From: Peribolospora baueri
Lineage: Eukaryota
Length of the DNA stretch: 64,000 bases
Direction of reading: 5' to 3'
Assembly: GCA_029717555.1 (NCBI GenBank)
Contig: JAMDHS010000089.1
Span: 1 to 64,000 of the forward strand
In this document: positions 10,308 to 20,746 of the stretch, one piece after another
How positions within the stretch are numbered: position 1 is the stretch's first letter
How the letters are laid out: every line of letters starts with the position of its first letter
Position numbers and translations under genes: made by a program
The notes under the pieces: generated by a model
Database searches by the model: none
What the model was told of the DNA's origin: nothing
Seen by the model: the letters and a program-made list of their open reading frames with translations, nothing else

Positions 10308-12364
10308 CTTCCAGGCCCGGTCGGTAAGGTGATCGTAAAGTCGAAGTAGGCGAGCTTGGTCGCCCACCGGGCTTGGCGGCGGTTGAGAAGGCGTTTCGTT
10401 ACAAATCACATCGGCGCTTTATGATCGCTGAGGACTTCGACGGACGTGACATTCCCTTCGCAGTACTGCCTCCATTCCAGGAGACACTGGACGATTGCGA
10501 GGAGTTCCTTATCGTGGATCTCGTAGTTCTGTTCGGCGGGTTCATCTTGCGACTGTAGTACGCGATGGGGTGGAGCAAGCTGGCGTCCCTATCTCGCTGG
10601 CTCGCAACACCCGCGGCCGAAAGGCATGACCAGGTCCTCGTAACTGCTGTACTTCGTCTTAAATGCCGTCTTCCACTCGCCCCCCTCCCTCCACGCCACC
10701 TAGTCCTGGTCCCGCTACGCCTTGGAAGATGATGGGGGAGCGCAGAACGTCGCAGGTGAATTTCCAGCGATCCGGAGAAGGTGGTAGGCTTACTGGAGAT
10801 CGATCTTCGTGAAGAGCGCGTGCTCGGTGAAGTCGGTCGAGGAGTTCACGATGAGAGGGATCGGATACCGGTCCTTGGCCTGATGCGGTTGGGCGCCCTG
10901 TAGTCGACGCAGAGACGAAGTCCTCCGTTCTTCTTGATGAACAGCACCGGAGCTGCTCCAGCGAATAGATCGGGTGATTCGGTATCGTGCTCCCTTGAAT
11001 CAGCTCGATCGCATGATTGTAGCTTCGATGAGGCGGCAGCTGACTAGCTTTCGCCTTCGAGAAAACGCTCACGAACTCGTGATACTTGGGCGGGATGAAG
11101 GCGCGAATCTCATCCTGGACTGGCTCGCTGAGAGTAGGTGCGCAGCGAGCGCGCCCGGACAAAGTCTTCGGAGATGAAATTCATGGACGCAGCGCAATCG
11201 ACTAGCGCCTTCGCGGGTACGGGCGCCCCGTGTCCATGCATCTTGACGGTAGTGAACAGCAGCGGGTTGCGGACAAGAGAGAAACAGAGTTGGATTCCTC
11301 GCCCTTGGTGACTACGTACACAGTGTTCACCTTCGCCACCGGTTTCGTCGTGCCCTTTGCTTCCGTCCTCGTCGGGCATTCCCTCGTGATGTGCCCCGCC
11401 ATGCCGCATGTGAAGCACAATCCTAGCTCCTGGCGGCGCCTCTTCTCCTCGTCACTCAGCCGCTTCCGCCTCTCGACCTGGCCGCTGCCTGGCGTCGTCG
11501 CGTCAATCGATCCTGCTGACGAGCTTGTCGTCAGCGCCTGACCCTGCGGGTTTCCCCTCCTCCTGCCTCTCCTCTCTACTCCTCTTCCTACGTCACCGGT
11601 GAGCTGGCGGTCCTGCCTCCGGGCGTACATCCGGTTGTCGATCCGGATGGTGGTCTCGATGAGTGCCTCGAGCTCCCTCGGCTCGTCTGTCCTGGCCAGC
11701 TCGTCCTTGATGTCGTCATCCAGCCCGCTGTGGAACATCTCATGGAGTCTTTTGTCGTCCCAACCGTTGATCGCGGCCAAACTCCTGAACTCGGCGGCGT
11801 AGATCGCGACTGGGCGGCCCCCCTGCTGAAGGTACTGGAGCTGGCGCGCGGCCGTCCGCTCCGCGTCTGGATCACCGAAAGTCGTCTCAAGTTTTTAGGC
11901 GAACAGTTCGAAGTCGCAGGTCCAGACCCGCTGGGGGTTGGCCTGCAAGTAGGGTTTCGCCTATCGGAGCGCCGTGTCGCGCAAAAAGGAGATGGCATGG
12001 GCCACTTTGACTCGGCCACTCTTGAACTTGTGTGGCTGCGCCAGGTGGACGAGTCTGACTCGACTGAGGAAGTCCTCCAGCTTGGCCTGGGAGGACTGAG
12101 AGCCATCGAACTTGTCGGGGTTACTCACCACAACCCCTCCTTCGTCGCGCCGGACTGCGCGCTCCTCCTCCAGCTCTCGAAGCTTTTCCCGTTGGTTTCG
12201 GTTTTCCTCCTCGAGAGCCTTGATGCGTTCGGGGAGTTGTTCGACGAGAGTGGCGACAGGGTCGTTTGTCGATTCTGCGGCCGCGGTGGCGGTGGTTCTT
12301 GGCGGCATCGTTGGCGCTGGTTCGGTTGTCGCACAGGGAACCGTGTGATGAGGGGGGTGGGACT
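10239..12364 (-). mobile_element. Decayed Ty3/Gypsy retrotransposon internal region (gag, protease, partial RT, RNase H)
   Basis: gag starts at ATG 12308 (NPDKFDGS, FHSGLDDDIKDEL, zinc knuckle CFTCGMAGHITREC). Protease ALVDCAASMNFIS. RT start IPPKYHEFVSVFSK..LPPHRSYNHAIEL and EWKTAF. RNase [39 protein letters not shown]. Has stops, frameshifts and a large RT deletion. Confidence 0.93.
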
Positions 12365-12489
12365 ACTTTCGGGACCGTACCACGACTGACCCGGGTCTAG
12401 AAGCAGTTCTGTCCGGTTGCACGTATGAGCCCCACCCACATCATCACACGGTTCCCTGTGCGACAACCGGACCAGCGTCAGCAATGCCG
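12303..12489. repeat. Inverted repeat, 62-bp arms, 63-bp spacer, overlapping the gag start codon
   Basis: 12303-12364 vs reverse complement of 12428-12489: 55/62 identity by hand count, with a perfect 29-bp core CGGTTGTCGCACAGGGAACCGTGTGATGA. Confidence 0.93.
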
Positions 12490-12860
12490 TCTCTGAAAAA
12501 GAGCGGGCGAACCGCCTTGCGTCAAGGCCCCCATGAAACGTGCTTGAACGAGGAACTTGCAAGTCAGGCCAGGCCGTCCACCGGCGTCCGAAGCGAGATG
12601 CAACGCGTCGCTCGTACTTGCCAGTCGTGGTCGTGTCCTATCGTGTTGGTTGTAGCGTCTGTCTCCAAGCCGAAGCCAGCCAGCCAGGCAGACGCGCCGT
12701 GCCGCAGCATGCGGACGACTGCGGCGCGTCCTTGCTTGGCTAGACAGACAGACCTCACTCATCTCCCTCTCCTCCTGTTTTCGTCCAGCAGCCACCCCTC
12801 TCTCCACCTGAATCCTCTCGTCGTCGCCGTCTTTTGTCCATGACTTCGGCATCGTCGGCG

Positions 12861-15800
12861 ATGAGCTCGCCAGAGGTGGGTCGCGTCAGGAGCACGAATC
12901 CACCTTCTTTTTGTCTTCTTCCGCTTGTCGCTCCCGCGTCTCCCGTTGTCTCGACTCGCCCTGACCTTCTTTCTCCTTCCTCTCCTCGCTCGTCCTCAGG
13001 AATTCCACCGCACCCTCAAAGAGGTGGTCGACTCGAACAAGCTCTCCACATCGAGAGTGAAGAAGCTCACCGACTTGGCGCTCAAAAACTTGGAGGTAAG
13101 TTCGCCTTTCCTTCCCCTCCCTAGGACCGGCTCTTCTTAGCGCCCCGGTCACACGATCCGTAAAGACCGGTCTTCCTGCCGGCGCGAGTGATCACGGCAG
13201 TTAGACGACGGCTGGAGGGCTTTTGAATTGTCTCTCCTTGCTTCTTTCCGTCCTTGCCGAGTGACTGCAGTGACTCACGACCCGTCTTTGCTGTTCTCCT
13301 CCCTCCCTCCAACCTTTTCTCGCCTTCACGTCGCCACTCGCAGCACGACGCCTCCCTCATTTCTTCCCTTTATCGAACGCACAAAAAATGCCCGCCCGCG
13401 TCCAAGCTGTCGTCGCTGTACATCTTCGACGCCGTCTCGAGAGCAGCCCGCGATGTCGTCCGGAAGAAGGGCGCCGGCTTCGAACATCTCGGTCTCGGCG
13501 TCGGCGGCACGGGAACCAAGGCGTCCGAAATCGCGGCGAATGAATTTTTGGTCAAGATGGAGGGCGTGCTAGAAAGCGTCATCGAGGACACGTGGCTCCG
13601 AGGGCCAGCGGAACATCGGGTGAGTGTGCCGCTTCCGACACCATCGTGTTTCGTTCGTCTGCCCCTCGGTGTTCGCCTGCTATTTTCTTCGACCAACGAC
13701 TCCGCCCTTTGACTCTTTCCTCTAACGATGCGCTTAAATATGCTCTCCTCATCGCTATTCGAACTTGGGAATCATCATCATCATCATCATCATCATGTTT
13801 GGATGCGCTGTCCTCCCGTCGACGTATCCGGCTTGTCTGCACATGCTTCTCTGCCACTGTCATCCCTCTTCAGGAAAAGGTCAAGAAGGTCGTAGACATA
13901 TGGAACAAGGCTAATACGTTCAGCCGCGATGTGATGCAGCGACTGGCAGCGAAGCTCGTCACCCTCTCCTCCGATGCGGGTGCGGCGGCTGGTGCGGCGC
14001 AGGTCACAGGCAAAGTCGCCTCGGCAGGTCAATATCATTTCTCTCTCCTCTGTCTCTACACGTATCACTACTCGCCTGCTGCGAGCGGCGACGGCCGTTC
14101 GACGCCGAGGCGGTTGAACAGAGCTTTGCGCCTGACACAGACTGAAATGTCTTGCCACTGTTTCCCTCTTCTCCCGTCCGGAAAACTCGCACATGCGACA
14201 ATCGAAAACGCGTTTCGCCGCGCTTCCGACCATCCGGACCGCGTACACCGCAATCCCATCCGCCGACGTACGTGTGAACACGAATGACGCCCCGTCATCA
14301 TCGTCATCATCAACGAACAGGCTCGACGACGCCGCCGGGATCGCCACCGCTGGAACGGAGGTTCCCTCCGCCTTTCCCGTCATCGGCCAGTTCAGCCTCG
14401 GCGTTTTCCGCCATCGATGTGAGGGCGAGCAACGGCGTCAGCAGCGCCGCCTCCGAGCCCTCCGCCGCTGCCGCTGCTGCTGCCGCCGCCCTTCCCGCCA
14501 ACATTCTCGCTCTTCTCGGCGGCACCAATGTAGCGGCGGGACAAGGGACGTCGTCGCAAACGCAATCCCTCAAGTCTCCGTTGGCGGATGCGCTGGCCAC
14601 CCTGGCCTCGTCTGGCGCGTTGGCAGGCTTGAACGGGGACACTCCCACTCCACCGCCGGCCTCAGGTCCCGTCCCCCAACCTCCCAGGTAAATTATTCGT
14701 TCTTCGTCGGAGCGAGCGGGTGTCCATTGCGAAGACCCCGTCGAGCTCTCGACGCGCTTCGTGTCCTCACGTACGGTTTTTTCTCCTCTCGTATTCTCTT
14801 CTTTCGCAGCTCCACTACGCCACCAGCCTTCGACGTCAACCTTCTTCAACAGTTGGTGAAACAGGCCGGCTCCTCCACATCTCAAGCCGGCCAGCCAATC
14901 GCTGGCGCCGCTTCGTTTCAACCCTCTTGGTCTGGTCCTCCTTCCGCACCTCGTCCTCCCGGACCACCTCCGACCGCTCCCTCGAACGTGCCTCCTCCAG
15001 GCCCACCGCCGAACGCCGCCGCCTACGCGTCCTACGGTCAGCCCGTCGGACCGTCCAACTATCCCTCCTCAAGCTATGACCAATCACAGTACGGCCGTGG
15101 TCCTCCGTTTTCGCGTGAGTGGGGTAGCGGTCGAGGCGGCGACTATAGAGGGCGGGGAGGCAGGGGCCGAGGGCGGGGCCGAGGGGGAGGCCGAGGCGGT
15201 TATGACGTCGGTCGCGGCGTCGGGGCCTATGGAGGGGATTGGGACGACCGCGGCGAGAGCGGCAGTCGCTCCGGATATGACGATCGGGAGGGCTCGAGTT
15301 CGAGCGGCCGCGCCCCGTTGCCGACCGAGCATCTCGACAGGGATCGGTGGGGCTCGGGCGATGGCGGCGGACGGGTCGACGAAGGCGACTCGCCGCCGAG
15401 ACCGATGCGAAGGGACCGCGAGAGAAGCCGTAGTCCTCCGCCGCCTCGCAGGAGAGATTCCGGCGCCGAAGGCGATTTCGGCTCCCGACCTAGGTCCGAG
15501 CCGAGACGGAGGGGCGCTCCATGGGACGACCGAGGCGGATCGCGGGACGACCGGTCTCCTGCGTATCGCGGGGAGGAGGGCGAAGTGCGCGAGTCATCCA
15601 GCAACTGCATCCCTCACGACCCGTCGCTCGTGGGCGCGCCGATGCCGACCATCAACCCCACCAATGCGTCCTCTTGGTCACAAGCAGCCTCTTGGTTCAA
15701 GGCGAACAACTGGCGAGACCCGACGGAGGCGGACATGCACCAGATGGTCATGTGGAGCATGATGGGCGGCGCGACGGGCGAAGCTGGAGAAGGCGGTGGT

Positions 15801-15863
15801 GCGGAGGCGGGGATGGACGTCACGAGCGCGGGGGATGTCGGACAGAACCAGTATCCGTATTGA
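12861..15863 (+). CDS. RNA polymerase II CTD-interacting-domain (CID, Nrd1/Seb1-like N-terminus) protein with Pro- and RGG-rich C-terminus
   Basis: Spliced N-terminus MSSPE|EFHRTLKEVVDSNKLSTSRVKKLTDLALKNLE|HDASLISSLYRTHKKCPPASKLSSLYIFDAVSRAAR...|EKVKKVVDIW. Alternative in-frame ATG at 12840. Confidence 0.8.
13771..13796 (+). repeat. (ATC)n microsatellite in an intron
   Basis: About 8.7 tandem ATC units. Confidence 0.9.
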
Positions 15864-16690
15864 CGACGGGCTTCGACATGAGCGTTTCGTAGTATCGACG
15901 TTTCTTTCGACCGTCTCTATCCTGGCAAAGATGGCCGCGGCCGGTCAGAAATCGACCGTGCTCGTTCCTCCTGCTGTCCAGAAAAAGTGCACACAACTGG
16001 ACCGTCATCGGCCGTCTCGAAAGAAAAAGAAAAATTCTCCTCTGTCTCACTCGAGTCGGGTCGACGACGCGGTAGCATCGTCAGGCCAAGCGCGAATTTC
16101 GTCGTGATCGTGATTGGCGTTTCCACCCAAAGTGGCCGTACCGAAAGGTAGTCACGGGAGCCGCTCGTCCGCCTGGTCGTCCGTCCATCTGAGCTATCAG
16201 AAGCAGATGTCGTCATTCGAGCCGCTTGAAGACGCCACGCCGGTCGGCGAGCGCCTTGCCGTGTGTAAACTCTGCTCGAAGCAGCTTGGATCACGTTCGC
16301 CTTCACCTGCCCTTCTGAACAGGCAAAAACCGTCGCTCTTTCGACCGTTCCACCACACACCGCGATCGACGTCTTATTCAGTTCGCACAAAATGAGAGGT
16401 TTGGGCACCGAGCAAACCGCTCTTATCTGCTCGTTCACTTCGTCCATCGCTGTTCGTATGGCTGTGACTCCAGCGGGGGCTGAGGCCAGGTTGTCGATCA
16501 CGGCCCGCACATGCTGAGAAGCGATGCGAGGCGTCACGCGGCTGGAAGGCCCTCAGTAGCAGCGGCGAAACTGAGCGGAATACGCGAATGCCCAGTTCGC
16601 GCCCGCTGGCTTTTCTTTTCCCGTCCCCCACGGCCCTACATTCAACGCCGGACAAATGAAACTAAATTGCATGCTAAATTCACGGCCGTA

Positions 16691-17417
16691 TTACGTACTT
16701 CGATTCTGCGTCGCCCTCGCCGCTGCCGCATCGTCCTCCGATTGCAGTTTTTGCGCTAGGTCCAGTCGTTCGCCGAGCTCCTCCCGTTCTTTGGCCACCT
16801 TGGCCGCTTCAGAACGTGTACGTTTTTCGGGAGTGGAGAAATAGCTGTCAACCGCACACGCAGCCCAAAGGGGGGAAGGACAAGAACGATGAGCATCGTT
16901 GGCCACGGTTCCTTCCACCTCTCTTGACAAGCTCGCAGCCTCATCCCCCTGTCCGTTCAAAGCTGCACGGCTAGGACATGGGGTCCAGGGGACGCTCACA
17001 GTGTACCAACAACGGCCGCGACAACAGTAAGACCTTGGGCAGCTACACGGTAGCGCAGCATCTGGTTGAATTGCGTCCGATTGCCCTTGCGCAGAGCATT
17101 GGACGCAGCGACGAGGGCTACTACAGTGAGCGCCGAACCTGGGAGGGGGTTCAGACGAGAGAGGTCGGACCGAGAGGGAGCGTGTGGCATGGCCCTGAGC
17201 AAGACGCTATCCTAGGCAGAGGAAAAAGACTGGCATGCCCTCTTTTCCACTTCTCGCCCCTTCTTCCCCCCACCAATCTAAAGCCATCGCCTCACTCACC
17301 GATCGGCACCAAAGGCTGTTCCTTCAGCTTCCTGTAGAGCTTCTCCTTGCTCGTCTCGATCTTCTCCCCTCGGTCATCAACGGGAATCGGCCCGGGGGTC
17401 CTGCTAACGCTGGACAT
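16691..17417 (-). CDS. RCF1: HIG1-domain respiratory supercomplex factor 1
   Basis: Spliced MSSVSRTPG...RKLKEQPLVPIG|SALTVVALVAASNALRKGNRTQFNQMLRYRVAAQGLTVVAAVVG| followed by a charged tail. The 3' end is uncertain because a GTACGT donor sits just before the apparent stop. Confidence 0.85.
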
Positions 17418-17898
17418 ATAGGAGGGCTTGAACGGGTTCGATGGGTCCGAGTGTCACCACAGCGTGCCCGACGGGGATGGTCGTCTGACAGTGACTGCAC
17501 CGCCGATGCTCTCCGTCCACCCCGGCCGGCCGAACTTCGCGCCGCAGCAAGATTGCTCGCTGGACTCTTAGTCAGCAAGGCGCAGGTGATCCGACGGGTG
17601 GATAACCCTAACGAGAAGAAGTTGGGAGAGCGCTTTCGGAGCGGTAAGAGTCGCTTTCTACGTCTTCTACATGGGTATACAACAAGGTATTCAGTGCTAT
17701 TCTCCCGTTATTTGAAAAGAAGATTGCATTTTCTTACGAAAAATTTTTCATATCGCATTTTGTTCTGCTCCGGGTCGGGGCTGATCTCGAAGTTCCGCAG
17801 CCTCCTCTTTGCCCTCCCTCACCTTCCCTCCCCCTTTTTGTATTCCCTCATCGCCGACCTCGCTCCTCTGTCTTAACGTTGCCTGAGAAGCATACGAA

Positions 17899-20046
17899 AT
17901 GGCCGCTCAGCCCCACGATGAGGAAGCCGTCATCGGCATCAACTTCGGAAACGCGTACGCGTCCATCGCGGTGATCAACAAGGTGAGCTTCGTTTAGATG
18001 GCGTCGAGGAGCGACTTGGTGTTCCGTGTCCACTGCTGGAGTCCCGTCTGCATGAGAGCGTTTCGCCAAGCGGCAGTCCTTGTCGCACCCTTGCTGACTT
18101 TTGCTTTTTCCCTTCTCGTTTTTAGGAGGGTCTCGCTGACACGATCGCAAACGAGGACGGCGAGCGACAAATCGCTTGCGCTTTCTCCTTCAACGGCGAT
18201 GAGGTGGTGAGTGTCGGATTTTACGCTCTCATAGTCCATGCGACGTGGCTGGCCTTCTTCATTAACACTGTCTCGTCCGGTCGAAACGCATACGTCCGAC
18301 TGTACCAGTACACCGGCAAGGAGGCCAAAGCTCAACTTGTCCGGAACGCTAGCAACACGATTATCGAGTTCCGAAATCTGCTCGGGAAGAGGTGGGTACG
18401 CCGGCGTTATGAGACCTAAGTAGCCGTCGGTCCTCTGCAATGGCTGTATCGTTCTTCATGTCCTTCGCTCCCATACTTTACCCGCCTCCAGCTACTCAGA
18501 CCTTCTTGAGGAGGAGAAAAAGCGCGTGTCCTGCCACGTCGTTGACCTCTCCGGACAGCCTGGTTTCCGATTCAAGGCAGGCGACGCCGAGACGACGCTG
18601 ACTGCTCAGGAGGTTTCGACCAAGTTCCTCGGCACCTTGCTCAAGTCCGCCCAGGATTTTCTTTCTGGTGTGAAGGTCACCGGCGCCGTCCTCGCCGTTC
18701 CGTTCGGCTGGACCGATGCGCGGAAGGAGGCTCTCGCCAAGGCGGCCGAAGACGCCGGCATCAAGGTGTTGCAGATAATCCCCGAGGCGGCGGCGGCCGC
18801 CGTTGCTTACGATCTCACTGTCCCCTCCCCGTCCGCCTCCCTTCCCGCGTCTGGACTTGACCGCAACGTGATCATCGTCGACGTCGGCGGCACTTCCACA
18901 GACGTCTCCGTGCTTGCCGCCCGTGCCGGCATGTACTCGCTCCTCTCCACCGTGCACGAGGGCTCACTAGGCGGGCGCGACTTGGACGATGCGTTGGTGG
19001 AGTTTTTCAGCAAGGAGTTCACGAAGAAGACCAAGGTGCAGGTCGCTGCCGATAACGCTCGCGCGTTTGCCAAGCTCAGGCTCGAGGTCGAGGCGGTGAA
19101 GCGAGCGCTGAGCGCTAGCAACTCGGCGTCGTGCAGCATAGAGAGCTTGGCGGAGGGCATCGACTTCCACACCACTATCAACCGGATGAGGTTTGATCTT
19201 CTGGCCACTAAGGTGTATGGGAAGATCCAGGAGAAGATCGAACAAGCCGTCAAGGAGGCGGGTCTCGAGCCCACTCAGGTGGACGAGGTGCGTTCGTTGT
19301 CTTCGGCGTTTCCGACGCTCTCATCACGTCCCTGCTGACACCACACCTACCGTTCTCTGCCATTTTAGGTTCTCCTCGTGGGCGGCACGTCCCGTTTGCC
19401 CGGCCTGGTCGACCGCCTGTCCTTTGTGTTCCCCGAGTCGATTTCGATGACTGGCACGATCGAATCAGATGAGGTCATCGCTCGCGGTTGCGCATTGCAG
19501 GCTCAGCTCCTCGCTTCTCATGGCCTGGACGACCCGGAGCGAAAGGCTTTCGCTTCTACTCCTTTCGCGGCCGAGAAGCAGGCGTCCACGTCCGCGCCTA
19601 TCGGTCTTGTCGTTCCCGCTGCGGAAGGCGATGCCCGAGCGGTTGACGGCCAGGCCTTTGTGACCATCGTGCCCGCTTCCACGCCTCTTCCGGCGCGACG
19701 AATCGTCGAGCTCGACGTGAGCAGAGACACTCCCAGCTCGGTCTTGCTCAGCTTGTGGGAAGGCAAGGAGGAGGTCAAGGTGGACAGGATCGAGCCTCCG
19801 CCGAAGGAGGCTAACGGCGCGAACGGCGACGAAGATGAAGATGAAGAGGAGGAAGAGGAGGAGCCGGAAGAGGTCCGGACGGCGGTGGTGAGGCCCATTA
19901 CCAAGCTCGTTGAGTTGGCCGTTGAAGTGTCTGGCAAGGAGGTGCCGCCACCGAAGTTGCGCGTGCAGATCATCGTCGCCAAGGACGGCAAAGTCAGCGT
20001 CGAAGCGGGCCAGTCGGGCGGCAAGGTCGAAAAGGCCGAGTTCTAA
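17899..20046 (+). CDS. SSZ1: Atypical Hsp70 of the ribosome-associated complex
   Basis: VIGINFGNAYASIA, IANEDGERQIA, VDVGGTS, INRMRFD, VGGTSRLP. Short acidic C-terminus with no EEVD. Several GT-AG introns. Confidence 0.9.
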
Positions 20047-20746
20047 AGGGACAAGACGTCCTTTTGTTCATATCTTTTTCGGTCACCCCCGCCCCCTCCC
20101 CTCGCGCATTCCGAGCTCAGCCCACGGCTTGCACGGGCTCGTGTGGTATTCACGTACATTCTGATGGGATACGAGGCGACACGCAGATACAGTTCCCCTC
20201 TACCCCGCGCGCTTTCCTGTACGTTACATACTTCTCACATCGGGCGCTCGTCCTCGCATATCATTGGTAGCATTTCTAGACTGTTCCTTCACGCCTTTCC
20301 GATGTTGGCTTGGCCCGGTTCGCTCTGGTCTCGCTCAAGACGTCATGGGCTCGTCGTACAAGAAGAGAGACACCGAACGAGCCTCGTGGACTGCCATGGA
20401 CACATTTCTCGCAATGGCCACACACCCGCCCGTATGTGTCTAACGGGCACGAGAGAAGAAGCGACTTGGTTTGCGAACGATCGTTTCCGTCGTCGAACGA
20501 ACACTTGACTGATTCTGAACCGTTCCGGTGGCCTTTTACTGCGGCAACCGCCGAGTCACGAGGTCTCGCCGCAGCAGTCTCCTTGGCTGTGCGTTCCGTT
20601 CGTTCTTTATCAGTGCGTACCATCATCCATCACCTCATTCGCCAGTCCCTTCCTGGAAACGCCCTCGTCCTGGTCCTGGTCCTCGTCCTCTTTCTCGTCT
20701 CTGCTCTTCTCTTCCCTTCTCTCGCTTTTTCGTTCTAGCAGCGGAC

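Noticed and set aside
15917..16537. 206-aa minus-strand ORF between the CID gene and RCF1
   Set aside because: Non-ATG start and no recognisable motif. May be RCF1 3' UTR or extra exons; cannot be resolved.
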